Assembly: GCA_963845245.1 (NCBI GenBank)
Contig: CAWJRJ010000016.1
Span: 160,001-224,000, forward strand
DNA length: 64,000 nt
Reading direction: 5' to 3'
Source of the DNA: Nitrospirota bacterium
Lineage (GTDB): Bacteria; Nitrospirota; JACRHJ01
This document shows, in pieces, positions 45,429-55,270 of this stretch; position 1 is the stretch's first letter; each line of letters opens with the position of its first letter. Made by a program: the position numbers and the translations under genes. The notes under the pieces are model-generated. The model did no database searches. It saw only the letters and a list, made by a program, of their open reading frames with translations, and was not told where the DNA came from.

Positions 45429-47234
45429 ATGTCAGTTTCCATGCATTTCCCATTTAAGGGCCTCCGGCAGGCTTCCGGCCTGCCAGGCCCTCTGGTTTTC
45501 TTTCTTTCATTCGGTATTTACTTAGCGACAGTCGCGCCTGGCGTGACGTTCTGGGACAGCGGAGAATTGATACTCGGGGCATATTCCCTCGGCCTTCCTC
45601 ACCCGCCTGCCTATCCCGTATTCTGTCTTGTAGGAAAGCTGTTTTCCTTCATCCCTTTTGGCAATGTCGCGTACAGACTGAATGTCCTCTCGGCTTTTTT
45701 TGCCGCCGCTTCCGTGTATTTCATATACAGGTTGATAGCCAAGCTGGGGGAGGGGGTTGACGGTTTCGGTTACTTCGCTGCATCCATTGCGCTTTGCTTT
45801 GCGCTTTTTAAAAGCTTCTGGTCCGTGTCGGTCATAACAGAGGTATACACGCTCAATTCCTTTCTGCTTGTCACAGCCTTTTATTGTCTGGTGGTGTACG
45901 AGAACGGCGGGGACAGGAGGCATGTTTACCTTTCCGCTTTCCTGCTTGGCATTGCTCTGGCGAACCACCAGAGCGTAGTTTTTTCCCTTCCGTTCTTCCT
46001 CGCCTATTACCTCGTCGCTGAAAAGAACTACAAAAATCCGGCAGCCATTTCCGCAATGCTGGTCCTCTTCCTGTTCGCGTACTCGGTCTACATTTATCTG
46101 CCGCTCAGGGCCTCAACCAGCCCTGTTTTAAATATAGGAGGGGCAACGGATATACAGGATTTCGGATGGGTGATCCAGTGGCCTGAACGCGTGGCTTCAC
46201 TGAAACCCCTTTCCGCAAAGGCGCTGGGCCTGCTCAAGGGCGAGAACCTGCCCGCTGTGGCGGCCCTTCTTGTCTGTGCGGCCTTGGCATATGTTTTCAG
46301 GCGCCGCCGCCTGCTCCTTCTCGCGGCGTTTGCGGCCGTCACGAACTTTGCAGGGATAGAGCTGTTGACTGCTGGAGCCGAAAATATAAAGAAGTGGGGG
46401 CTGCAGTCGAAGTTCTACATACCTGCGGCGCTTTTTGCAACCATATTTGCCTCCGGTATGCTAGTCGAGCTTCTAAAGCGCACAAATGTGAAAGTGAAGG
46501 CCACGGTCTTGGTCGTCCCTCTCATGGTGATATTTACGTTGCTGGCATCATTTGAGTTTTCGCATAACTACAAGGCGAACGACAACAGCCTGAATTTCTT
46601 TGCATATGATTTTGGGACCAATGCGCTGAAGTCCGTTCACCAGGATGCAGCCCTTTTCTCTTGGGGGGACAACGCGGTCTTTCCGACCTGGTACCTCCAG
46701 GGGGTTGAAAAATACAGGGATGACGTCATGTTCATCCACTCGGAATTGCTTACATACCCGTGGTATATGGCCGGAATACAGAAAAAGCTCTACACCAAAT
46801 ATGGCATTGCTTATGTCCCGCGCGCGAAACTCACTATCCTCACGGAAAACGTCCTGGGCCTCAAACAGAGGCTTGAAGAAAGGACACCGACTTATTTCGA
46901 CTATTCGGCTTCGTTGCAGTTGGGCATACCCAAAGATAGTCTGATACCGCAGGGGCTTGTCCACCTCGTTCCGCTCTGGGCCGGCTCGGCTGAATCCTAT
47001 TCCGGGATATGGGACAGGTATGTTTTGAGGGGTGCGCTCGATGACAGCACCGACAGGGCGTTCGCGGCGGAAGGGATACTGGAGATCTATGGGTGGGAGT
47101 CGGCTTATTGGGGTTTGGTGCTGCAAAAGGACGGAGATTTTAAGAAGGCCATTACAGCCTTTGAATTAGCTAAGGTTTTGGGATTTCAGGAACCAAAGCT
47201 TGACATATGGATCCATAATTTGGAGGGAGGATGA
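45429..47234 (+). CDS. DUF2723 polytopic membrane glycosyltransferase (GT-C-like)
   Basis: YLATVAPGVTFWDSGEL...LGLPHPPAYP, TEVYTLN, NHQS, YLPLRA, GDNAVFP.WYLQ.VE..R.DV. Confidence 0.82.
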   Translation: MSVSMHFPFKGLRQASGLPGPLVFFLSFGIYLATVAPGVTFWDSGELILGAYSLGLPHPPAYPVFCLVGKLFSFIPFGNVAYRLNVLSAFFAAASVYFIYRLIAKLGEGVDGFGYFAASIALCFALFKSFWSVSVITEVYTLNSFLLVTAFYCLVVYENGGDRRHVYLSAFLLGIALANHQSVVFSLPFFLAYYLVAEKNYKNPAAISAMLVLFLFAYSVYIYLPLRASTSPVLNIGGATDIQDFGWVIQWPERVASLKPLSAKALGLLKGENLPAVAALLVCAALAYVFRRRRLLLLAAFAAVTNFAGIELLTAGAENIKKWGLQSKFYIPAALFATIFASGMLVELLKRTNVKVKATVLVVPLMVIFTLLASFEFSHNYKANDNSLNFFAYDFGTNALKSVHQDAALFSWGDNAVFPTWYLQGVEKYRDDVMFIHSELLTYPWYMAGIQKKLYTKYGIAYVPRAKLTILTENVLGLKQRLEERTPTYFDYSASLQLGIPKDSLIPQGLVHLVPLWAGSAESYSGIWDRYVLRGALDDSTDRAFAAEGILEIYGWESAYWGLVLQKDGDFKKAITAFELAKVLGFQEPKLDIWIHNLEGG

Positions 47235-47314
47235 AAAAGCTGAGCAAATCTGCTCAGAAGTCTTTCCAAATTGCGCAACATTCAACTTGCCGAAAACAAG
47301 GGGAGGGTGGGCAT

Positions 47315-47758
47315 ATGATTAAGACGCATTTAGTGTATGTTTTATTAAGTATAATTGCTGCTATGTTGTTATTGGGTGGGTGTTCACCGCAAAATTCTCC
47401 GGACGGTACGGTATTCCGTTTCATTAACGCAACAAAATTTTCTGACAGGGCGGAGTTTGAAAAAACCGTGTCATTTGAGAGGCTTATTATAGACAGCCAG
47501 GGCGAGTCCTACCTGGCCATGCCAAACGAAAAGAAAAAAGTAGCCCTTTTAGAGTTTAAACAGAAATTGTTGAATGAATTAACATCAGGTAAATTAAGGG
47601 TTTTGGCCAGTTTGGACCCGGTGCTGGGCGGGGAAAAAATCACCGGGGACGAGGCAGAGGTAAAAATATCTGATAAGAAAAACAAAGACATGGCTTTTGT
47701 TTTCCTGTTGGCCAGAGATAGAGGCGTATGGAAGGTATACAGGATAAGCAAAGCCTGA
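47315..47758 (+). CDS. Lipoprotein of unknown function
   Basis: GGAGG RBS, lipobox LLGGC, NTF2-like C-terminal G.WKV. Confidence 0.7.
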   Translation: MIKTHLVYVLLSIIAAMLLLGGCSPQNSPDGTVFRFINATKFSDRAEFEKTVSFERLIIDSQGESYLAMPNEKKKVALLEFKQKLLNELTSGKLRVLASLDPVLGGEKITGDEAEVKISDKKNKDMAFVFLLARDRGVWKVYRISKA

Positions 47759-47773
47759 GGCATGCATATTGCA
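47757..47773 (+). promoter_or_regulatory. Putative sigma54 (-24/-12) promoter
   Basis: GAGGCATGCATATTGCA has GG-N10-GC spacing, about 35 bp upstream of the FN3-NHL gene. Confidence 0.55.
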
Positions 47774-47808
47774 TATATTGTCAATTGAAAACAACGGGGG
47801 TAAGACCA

Positions 47809-49479
47809 ATGTCGAGTATTAAAATGGCTATGAAACTGCTTACAATCGTGGGTATATGCTTGATTTCCTTGGGGTTGGCTGCGGGCGAATCGTTCGCGGC
47901 GGGCCCCGCATGGTCCGGGGGGTTCCCCAAGCTGGTACAAAACGATGTACTGCTCCAGTGGCAGCCGGTCAAAGGGGCCACGGAATATAAGGTATATAAG
48001 AGCGAACAGAAAGGCAAGGGCCTGAAGCTGTTGACCGCCGTTAAAGCAAACCGCTACATAGACAAGGGTATAGGCTTAGGTAAGACATTATATTACTATG
48101 TCGCTCCAGTCATCGGCGGTAAAGAAGGCGAACGTTCTGCCGAAGGGGCGATCTCGACCGCCAAGGAAAAGGTATTCGTGGCCCTTAAGACTCCCTCTCT
48201 CATAGGCGCGCATGTAAAGGACCTGCCAGGCGGCAAGTACTCCATCGGCGTCCGCTGGGAGTCAACCGGAGGGACCGATTTTGTCGGCGTTAACGTCTAC
48301 CGTTCCACCAGGAAGGGCAGGGACTACACCATGATAGGCTCGTCTTCGAGCGACACTTATGAGGACAACGACGTAAAGGCGGGAGACACCTATTATTACG
48401 TTGTCACTGCTGTGGACAGCCAGTTCAAGGAGACGAAGAATTCAAACGAGGTAAGCGTTAATATCCCGTCCTCCACGGGAGCGGCGTCTGCCTCCGCGAA
48501 AACGGCGGGCAAAGAGACAGTCCCCCCCACCACGATGAGGCCTGCAAAACTTCTGTACAGGATCCCAAGGGAAGGCGACAGGATGTCGCAGGGCGAGCTT
48601 CTTCCGAAAAACGCTCAGAGCGTCGCGATCGACGAGGCTGTGGGCCACATCTATGTCACAAGCCTTGTCTATGGTGGCGTCCTTGTCTATAACATGGACG
48701 GCGAGCTTCAGTTCGGCATCCGCAAGGACGGCGTCGGTGGTACCCAGATGTTCCGCGGTGCCAAGGGTGTGGTAGTTGGGCCGAACGGCAACCTATATGT
48801 GACGGGTTTGACCCCGGAAATTTTTGTATACGATTTCACCGGTCGCCCGCTGCAAACAATTAATATGGACCCTTCGCAGATGGCCAGCAACAGCCCAGGC
48901 CATTCCTTGATGGCCTACGACCTGGCGTTTGCTCCCGACGGCACTCTGATAGTGACCGACCCGGGCATGAACGGCATACACGCGTACAGCGCGGACAAAT
49001 TCCGCAACCTCTATAACGTGGCGGCGCCGTTGATGGTTAATGAGAAAGAGAAAGCGCAGGGGAAACTATATTACAACGCCCCGTCACGCTTGGTCGTAAC
49101 AGATAAAAACGAAATCATATTTGTCGACGCCGGGTATTCAAGGCTGGTCGTCTACGGTTTAGACGGGAAATTCAAGAGGTTTATGGGTAATCCGGGTTCA
49201 GGAGCCGGTGAGCTCTTTTATCCGGAAGGTATCGCATTGGGGAACAAGGGCGAGCTATTCGTCGCTTCCGGTATGGGCCCCAACGTCCAGGCGTTTACCC
49301 AGGATGGCAAATTCCTCTATGCACTTAGCAACGAAAAGGTCGATGGCCCGCTAAACGTGGACAACATGAGGGGAATACACATTGACAAGCAGAACCGTCT
49401 CTACATAGCCGAAGGCACTACTAACAGGGTTTCGGTCTTCCAGCTTGGGGACAAGACTGTAGATGTAATACCTAAGTAA
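47809..49479 (+). CDS. Secreted 2x fibronectin-III + NHL beta-propeller protein
   Basis: Signal peptide; two W..V.GA..Y.VY.S...YYYV FN3-like units; NHL repeats (GELFYPEGIAL, NRVSVF). Confidence 0.85.
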   Translation: MSSIKMAMKLLTIVGICLISLGLAAGESFAAGPAWSGGFPKLVQNDVLLQWQPVKGATEYKVYKSEQKGKGLKLLTAVKANRYIDKGIGLGKTLYYYVAPVIGGKEGERSAEGAISTAKEKVFVALKTPSLIGAHVKDLPGGKYSIGVRWESTGGTDFVGVNVYRSTRKGRDYTMIGSSSSDTYEDNDVKAGDTYYYVVTAVDSQFKETKNSNEVSVNIPSSTGAASASAKTAGKETVPPTTMRPAKLLYRIPREGDRMSQGELLPKNAQSVAIDEAVGHIYVTSLVYGGVLVYNMDGELQFGIRKDGVGGTQMFRGAKGVVVGPNGNLYVTGLTPEIFVYDFTGRPLQTINMDPSQMASNSPGHSLMAYDLAFAPDGTLIVTDPGMNGIHAYSADKFRNLYNVAAPLMVNEKEKAQGKLYYNAPSRLVVTDKNEIIFVDAGYSRLVVYGLDGKFKRFMGNPGSGAGELFYPEGIALGNKGELFVASGMGPNVQAFTQDGKFLYALSNEKVDGPLNVDNMRGIHIDKQNRLYIAEGTTNRVSVFQLGDKTVDVIPK

Positions 49480-49606
49480 TAAGAAGAAAAGACTTGGATG
49501 TTTTTTTAACACTGAACGCTAATACGGAAAGGAGGCAGTTTTAAAAAATTTTTTTGATGCAAGGCAAGGAAAACGGGAATTAATATCACAACAGGGAGAA
49601 CGTAAA

Positions 49607-51847
49607 ATGAAAAGATTATTAATCATGCTCGTAATGGCTGCAATGGCGCTGTCGGCATACCCGGCATTCGCAGCAGTCAACGGCACGCCGCACGAATTCT
49701 TGGGGACCACGTACGGCCGTTGCGGAACCTGCCATGTACCGCATGCTGCGCTCGGCGGAGCCAGGTTGTGGCGTGTTGCCATCAACCCAACTGCTGACGG
49801 AACGTGGGCCAATTCAAGGGTCGGTGCTCTCTGCGGCTATTGCCACAACGGTGCCAGCTCGCCCACTAACACGAACGGCGACAACGCCGCTACGTATCTT
49901 AACACCAACAACGTCTTTGCCGCCGGCTCACACGGCAGGAACTGGACCAGACTGACGGGCGCCCCGCTCAGCCATACTCCCGGCAACACAAACGGCAAGC
50001 CGTATGTCGGCGCCACCGGCCAGCCTGAGGCGGGCCTTATTGAGTGTACCTCCTGCCACAACCCGCATTATGTCGGGACCTGGAGCGCCACCAATACAGC
50101 CAACGTAAACAGGCCGTTCCTGCGTCCAGGCGTCACCAGTCCCGGCACGTTATCCGGTTTCTGCAACGACTGCCACGACGACAGGTTCACTGCTTCCATT
50201 TCCAGCACGACCAACCACCCGGTCCTGATTGCATACAACCCGACGATCGGCTCCGACACGAGGCAGTTCATCCAGGCTGATGCGGCCATGAACACCGTCG
50301 TTGGCGTAAACCACTGGTCACTCGGCGGCAAGTTCGAGGGCAACGAAGTTAATACCCAGACTGCCAGCACCAACGACCTTATCGGCTGCCAGTCATGCCA
50401 TTCCATACATAAGCCTGCTGCCCCCGCTAATGCGGACGGTTCTGCTTATGCAGGCGGTTCACCCCGTCAGCTTCTCGCGCTCAGCTACACCAACTCGGCG
50501 GTATGCGAAGGCTGCCATTCCGCGCGCGGCAACGGACCTTCCGGTTCCAATCTCCCCGGTGGCGGCTCCGTTGGTACTCTCGGCGGCGACCATCCGTATG
50601 ACGCCGTCCTCGCGGGCGTCATGGTCCTTGATGCCCCGTTGTGGGCCGTCACTGACCACGGCTCTAACGGCGGTGCGCTATGCACCTCCTGCCACAAGGC
50701 ACACATCACGACCGGCGACGGCGTGGTGAACATCAGGCGTGCGGGTCAGGCCACATGGTGCGCATCCTGCCACAGCTCCATCTCGCCTGCAGCGCATCAC
50801 TCGAACAAGACCCAGTTGGGTGCAGCGAACTCTCTGATTGACTGCATTGACTGCCATGACGGCACGGGCGCCAAGGCGCATAACGGCTTCGGCTTCGTGT
50901 TCAAATATGCCACTGGATCCGGCTGCCAGACCTGCCACGACGGCGTTGACCCGGTTGCGACAGTCGCCTTCGGCAACATCTTGGCCAAGGTACCGGCTGC
51001 GCACCTGACTCCGAAGCAGGGCGGCTTTGCGACTGTTGTATCGCACTACTTGGGCGCGTTCACGAAGGACACTGTCAAGGGCATCAACCCGAAGATCGGC
51101 AGATGGTCTGCTGACGCCATACGCGGCGGCAGGATATCTGCTTACCTGAAGGATGCGGCCGGCGGAGCGCTTACCGCCGACAGGTCCTGCTACAACCCGG
51201 GTGCGACCGCCACCGCCACGACGGTAATCAGGTGCGAGTCCTGCCACTCCGTCCTTGGCAACATCGGCGCGGCCTCAGGCATCATCTCTGCCTCGAGCGG
51301 CTGGATGAACAACCTCCTGCTCCAGGACTATCAGGATGACACCAAGAACGAAGCAGCAGCCAGGACAGTCAATTCCGACTTCTGCATCGGCTGCCACAAC
51401 CAGCTCGGCGACGGCACAGCTGCCAACCTCGGCACGGCTGGCGGCGTGGTCGGCATGTCGCTTGAGAAGGCCAGCGGTACAGTACCGCCCGGCATGCATC
51501 CGATGACGAACTGGAACATCACCAGGGCGGTTGACGCCGGCTTCACCGGAACTGCCGCGCAGCTCATCACCGGCACTGCTGCCGAGAACACCGTCAGGAA
51601 TTCGTATGCCGATGCTGCCACCGCACCGACGTACACTGGCGGCGTGGGCACCAACGGCGTTTCTTACGCGGGTGCAAGCCACATGGACTGCGACTCATGT
51701 CACAGGCCGCACCTTGCGAACCTCCTCTGGAAGCCGACCAACCAGACTGCTGGTAATACCAACGTTGGTAATACGACTCCGGTTATACTGGAAGATTCCA
51801 ATACCAACGACTACGCCGCACTCTGCCAGGACTGCCACGCATACTAA
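49607..51847 (+). CDS. Secreted multiheme c-type cytochrome, 14 CxxCH motifs
   Basis: Signal peptide; CGTCH, CGYCH, CTSCH, CNDCH, CQSCH, CEGCH, CTSCH, CASCH, CIDCH, CQTCH, CESCH, CIGCH, CDSCH, CQDCH. Confidence 0.95.
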   Translation: MKRLLIMLVMAAMALSAYPAFAAVNGTPHEFLGTTYGRCGTCHVPHAALGGARLWRVAINPTADGTWANSRVGALCGYCHNGASSPTNTNGDNAATYLNTNNVFAAGSHGRNWTRLTGAPLSHTPGNTNGKPYVGATGQPEAGLIECTSCHNPHYVGTWSATNTANVNRPFLRPGVTSPGTLSGFCNDCHDDRFTASISSTTNHPVLIAYNPTIGSDTRQFIQADAAMNTVVGVNHWSLGGKFEGNEVNTQTASTNDLIGCQSCHSIHKPAAPANADGSAYAGGSPRQLLALSYTNSAVCEGCHSARGNGPSGSNLPGGGSVGTLGGDHPYDAVLAGVMVLDAPLWAVTDHGSNGGALCTSCHKAHITTGDGVVNIRRAGQATWCASCHSSISPAAHHSNKTQLGAANSLIDCIDCHDGTGAKAHNGFGFVFKYATGSGCQTCHDGVDPVATVAFGNILAKVPAAHLTPKQGGFATVVSHYLGAFTKDTVKGINPKIGRWSADAIRGGRISAYLKDAAGGALTADRSCYNPGATATATTVIRCESCHSVLGNIGAASGIISASSGWMNNLLLQDYQDDTKNEAAARTVNSDFCIGCHNQLGDGTAANLGTAGGVVGMSLEKASGTVPPGMHPMTNWNITRAVDAGFTGTAAQLITGTAAENTVRNSYADAATAPTYTGGVGTNGVSYAGASHMDCDSCHRPHLANLLWKPTNQTAGNTNVGNTTPVILEDSNTNDYAALCQDCHAY

Positions 51848-51873
51848 GCCACTGGCTTAATGCTCATGCATCG

Positions 51874-51902
51874 AAAGGAGGGCCGAAAGGCCCTCCTTTT
51901 TT
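51874..51902 (+). terminator. Rho-independent terminator after the first cytochrome
   Basis: AAAGGAGGGCC-GAAA-GGCCCTCCTTTTTT. Confidence 0.9.
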
Positions 51903-51925
51903 GTTGAATAATAGGTAGTTATGAA

Positions 51926-51954
51926 TTGACTTAAAAGTTGGTTTAATATAAAAT
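51926..51954 (+). promoter_or_regulatory. sigma70-like promoter for the downstream half of the cytochrome cluster
   Basis: TTGACT -17 bp- TAAAAT. Confidence 0.55.
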
Positions 51955-52008
51955 AAAAAGGCTCAAGCTATACTTTTTAGTTAAATATCGGGGGAGGTAT
52001 CCTGGGTT

Positions 52009-53598
52009 ATGACAGATAGCGGCAAGGATTTGAAATCAGGGTTGGGAGTTGTTTTGTGTTTTCTCCTCGTGTCGCTTTCAATATCGCTGCTGGTGGCGGG
52101 GGGGTGCGGCAAACCGGGTTACAAGTTCGGAAGCGGTGTGTTGGCCGTGGTCGATGGCGAACCCGTCACCGTTGAAGAGTACAGGGCGGTCAGCGAGACA
52201 AACCCTCCGAAAACCGCCGAGGACAAGGAGAAGGTTTTAAACTCCATCATAAGGAACAGGTCGCTTGCAAAGCTGGCTGCATCACAAGGTATGCTTGGCG
52301 ACCCGAAGGTCTTATCCGACCTTGATAACTTTTATACCGAACGGCTCCCGGGCCTGCTGCGGAAAAAGATAGAAGAAGAGACCACCGTTGCCGACGAGGA
52401 ACTCCCAGGGTTCAAAGGAAAGTCGAAACTGAAACCAGTGCTGTATGTTTCCGGTATTGTCGTGAGCACCATAAAAGAGGCTGAAGCCGCACAGGCCGAG
52501 CTGAAACAGGGCGTGGCGTTTGATGAAGTCTCCAAAAAATATTCGACTGTTGGGTTTGCGGACAGAGAGATAGACCTTGGTGACGCGCTGTACCCCGTCG
52601 GAGTCAGGGCCGTGCTTAACGGCTTGAAGCCCGGCACAGTCAGCCCCATAATGAAGATCGACATAGGGTACACCATCTTCAAGCTTAAGGAGCGCAAGGA
52701 ACCAGAGGATATCTGGAGGGCAAAATCGGAAGGCCAGCGCGAAGAGATTAAAAAACAGAAGGTCGAAAAACAGATGGCCCAGGTCCTTGACCGGTGGAGA
52801 AAGACGACTGTGATAAAACTTATAGCCGGCCCGCCTCAAAACGGTCAGCCCCTGTATACCGGAGCGGTTATCAACGGTGTGGAGATCGACGTAGACTCCG
52901 GGCAGAAGGGGCCCCACGCGCCGCACGGGAACATGAACGCCGATACCCTGAAAGAAGCTCTCAACAAGAAGGTCAACAACTACCTGCTGTCGCAGGAAGC
53001 CCGCCTGCGGGGCCTGCAAAACGACCCCGATTTCAAGGTGTATCAGAACCTGAAGAGGGAAGAGATACTTGCCGACGCGTACATGATGAAGGTCAAGGGC
53101 GACTATGTTGTTACCCCGCAGGATATACAGGACTATTACAACAAGAACAAGGAAAAGCTGAAGGTACCGCCTGTAGTCCGCGTGAGCCGCATCCTGCTGA
53201 ACACGCAGGGGGAGGCGGATTCAGTGCTTGGAAGGCTGAAGTCCGGCCTTGATTTCTCCTCGGCCGCAAAGACGAGTTCAAAAGACCTTGCGACTTCTGC
53301 AAAGGGAGGCGACGTTGGCTATGTATCGCCGGAAAAGTTGAACGAACCCGTAAAGAGCGCCCTCATAAACATGAAGGTGGGCGAAATCAGCGGGGTCTTG
53401 AAAACCCAGTATGGATACGAGATCCTGAAACTTACGGACAGGAAAGCAGGCGGTGAGCCCGAGATGTCAGACGTGATGGATTTGATCAAAAAAAGGGTGC
53501 TGCTTGACAAGAGGTCCGAACGACTGGAGGAGTTCTTTAAATCATACAGCAAGAATGTGGACATAAAGGTAAACAGGGAGCTTTTGAAGACTCTGTAG
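52009..53598 (+). CDS. PpiC/SurA-type peptidyl-prolyl isomerase, probable lipoprotein
   Basis: Lipobox-like AGGC; two rotamase-like units (F..VSKKYS; FSSAAKTSSKD..S..KGGDVG...GEISGVLKTQYGYEILK). Confidence 0.88.
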   Translation: MTDSGKDLKSGLGVVLCFLLVSLSISLLVAGGCGKPGYKFGSGVLAVVDGEPVTVEEYRAVSETNPPKTAEDKEKVLNSIIRNRSLAKLAASQGMLGDPKVLSDLDNFYTERLPGLLRKKIEEETTVADEELPGFKGKSKLKPVLYVSGIVVSTIKEAEAAQAELKQGVAFDEVSKKYSTVGFADREIDLGDALYPVGVRAVLNGLKPGTVSPIMKIDIGYTIFKLKERKEPEDIWRAKSEGQREEIKKQKVEKQMAQVLDRWRKTTVIKLIAGPPQNGQPLYTGAVINGVEIDVDSGQKGPHAPHGNMNADTLKEALNKKVNNYLLSQEARLRGLQNDPDFKVYQNLKREEILADAYMMKVKGDYVVTPQDIQDYYNKNKEKLKVPPVVRVSRILLNTQGEADSVLGRLKSGLDFSSAAKTSSKDLATSAKGGDVGYVSPEKLNEPVKSALINMKVGEISGVLKTQYGYEILKLTDRKAGGEPEMSDVMDLIKKRVLLDKRSERLEEFFKSYSKNVDIKVNRELLKTL

Positions 53599-53641
53599 TA
53601 ATTGTTTCAAGGTAAGTTTCTGAAGGTGAGGCACGAGCAAC

Positions 53642-55270
53642 ATGATTTCTTCGCCATCAAGGCGTGATAAACTGGTACTTGCAATCTCAACTGCCGTATT
53701 GTTACTTTTTACAGCCATAACCGTTTTCTCCGCGCAGGATAGCGCCAGGCCTCCCGTATGGGTGGGTATCTACACGACTGCAGGCAAGGTGGGCCTCAAG
53801 TGGACCGCCGCCCCTGGCGCCATCAAATACAACCTCTACCGCACGGTAACCAGCGACAAGTCACGCGAACTCATTGCAAGCACGACAGACGTATCGTATA
53901 TCGATGCGAATGTACGCGCGGGCGAGACCTACTACTATTCGTTGAAATCGGTTTATGTGACCGGCAAAGAGTCCGGCTTTTCAGATGAACGCTACATCAA
54001 GGTCCCGGTTACCGGCGGAGGCCTTCCCGTAAGGCCGCCTGAATGGGTGGGCTTCCTGGTGGAGGATAAAAGCATCAAGCTCGCATGGCTTCCGTCCCCG
54101 TCTGCAAACGCGCTCGCCTATAACGTCTACAGGAGCAAAGACAAGGAGAAAGGCTTCCAGCTTATAGGCTCCACCCAGGACACAAGCCTTACCGACACGG
54201 ACGTGAAGGAAGGGGAAACCTACTACTACGTCCTGACAACTCTCGACAAGGATTTCAAGGAGACGAGGTTCGGAGATGTCCGTTCGGTCACTTTCGCGCC
54301 AAACAGGGAGGCTCCATCCGAGGCTGAGCAGGGCAGACATGTTGGAAAGGCGCCCGAGGCTGTCCCAGAGAAGGTGATAGCCAAGCCTACCCGCGCGATA
54401 GGCTTTATAATAAAAGGCAAAGACCACGTTGCCCTGTCTTCCCCCACCGACATAGACCTTGGGCCGGACGGGAACCTGTACGTGACGGACAGCGGCACAG
54501 CAACCATACAGTGCTTCAAGCCTGGCGGCGAGTTCGTACGCGCATACGGCGGCTACGGTAACGAAGAAGGCAAGTTCGAAAAGCTGCTTGGCGTAGACGT
54601 TGACGCAACGGGCCATATCTACGCCGTTGACGCTTATACCGGCAGGCTGCAGAAGTTTAACAAAGAAGGGCGCGTGACCCTTTTCAAAAACATGAGGGAA
54701 GACGGCAGGCTTATTGCCCTGGACCTGGGGCTGAAAAAGCCCGTTACCGAGTTTGGGGTGGTCAAGCCCGTAGTCTCGCCAAGTGGCCTTATCTACACGC
54801 TCGACAACTACAACGACTGCATTGAGGTTTACAACGCAGACGGAAGCTTTGTCAAGGCTTTCGGCGGGCGGGGCACGGCGGACGGCAAGTTCCAGGGTCC
54901 GACTTTCGCGGTAATCGACAAGTCCGGTAACCTGCTTGTTACGGACTGCATGAACGCCAGGGTCCAGGTCTTCGACAAGACGGGAAAATTCCTCTGGAAG
55001 TTCGGCGGATACGGTAATATAGTCGGCACGTTCGGAAGGCCCAAGGGTATTGCTTTGGACGAAGCCGGAAGGATATACGTAGCGGATTCGATGTCCAACG
55101 TGGTGCAGGTCTTCGACAAGGAAGGCCGCTTCCTCTTCCTTCTTGCCGACGAGAGAGGGAAACAGATGGACCTGGGGACCCCCAACGGCATCGCCATCGA
55201 CAAGAGAAGGCGGATATACATGGTCGAGAAGCTGATAAACAGGGTCCAGATCAGACAGGTCGGTGAATAG
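53642..55270 (+). CDS. Secreted 2x fibronectin-III + NHL beta-propeller protein (paralog of 47809)
   Basis: Same architecture; NHL repeats such as GTFGRPKGIALDEAGRIYVADSMSNVVQVFD. Confidence 0.88.
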   Translation: MISSPSRRDKLVLAISTAVLLLFTAITVFSAQDSARPPVWVGIYTTAGKVGLKWTAAPGAIKYNLYRTVTSDKSRELIASTTDVSYIDANVRAGETYYYSLKSVYVTGKESGFSDERYIKVPVTGGGLPVRPPEWVGFLVEDKSIKLAWLPSPSANALAYNVYRSKDKEKGFQLIGSTQDTSLTDTDVKEGETYYYVLTTLDKDFKETRFGDVRSVTFAPNREAPSEAEQGRHVGKAPEAVPEKVIAKPTRAIGFIIKGKDHVALSSPTDIDLGPDGNLYVTDSGTATIQCFKPGGEFVRAYGGYGNEEGKFEKLLGVDVDATGHIYAVDAYTGRLQKFNKEGRVTLFKNMREDGRLIALDLGLKKPVTEFGVVKPVVSPSGLIYTLDNYNDCIEVYNADGSFVKAFGGRGTADGKFQGPTFAVIDKSGNLLVTDCMNARVQVFDKTGKFLWKFGGYGNIVGTFGRPKGIALDEAGRIYVADSMSNVVQVFDKEGRFLFLLADERGKQMDLGTPNGIAIDKRRRIYMVEKLINRVQIRQVGE

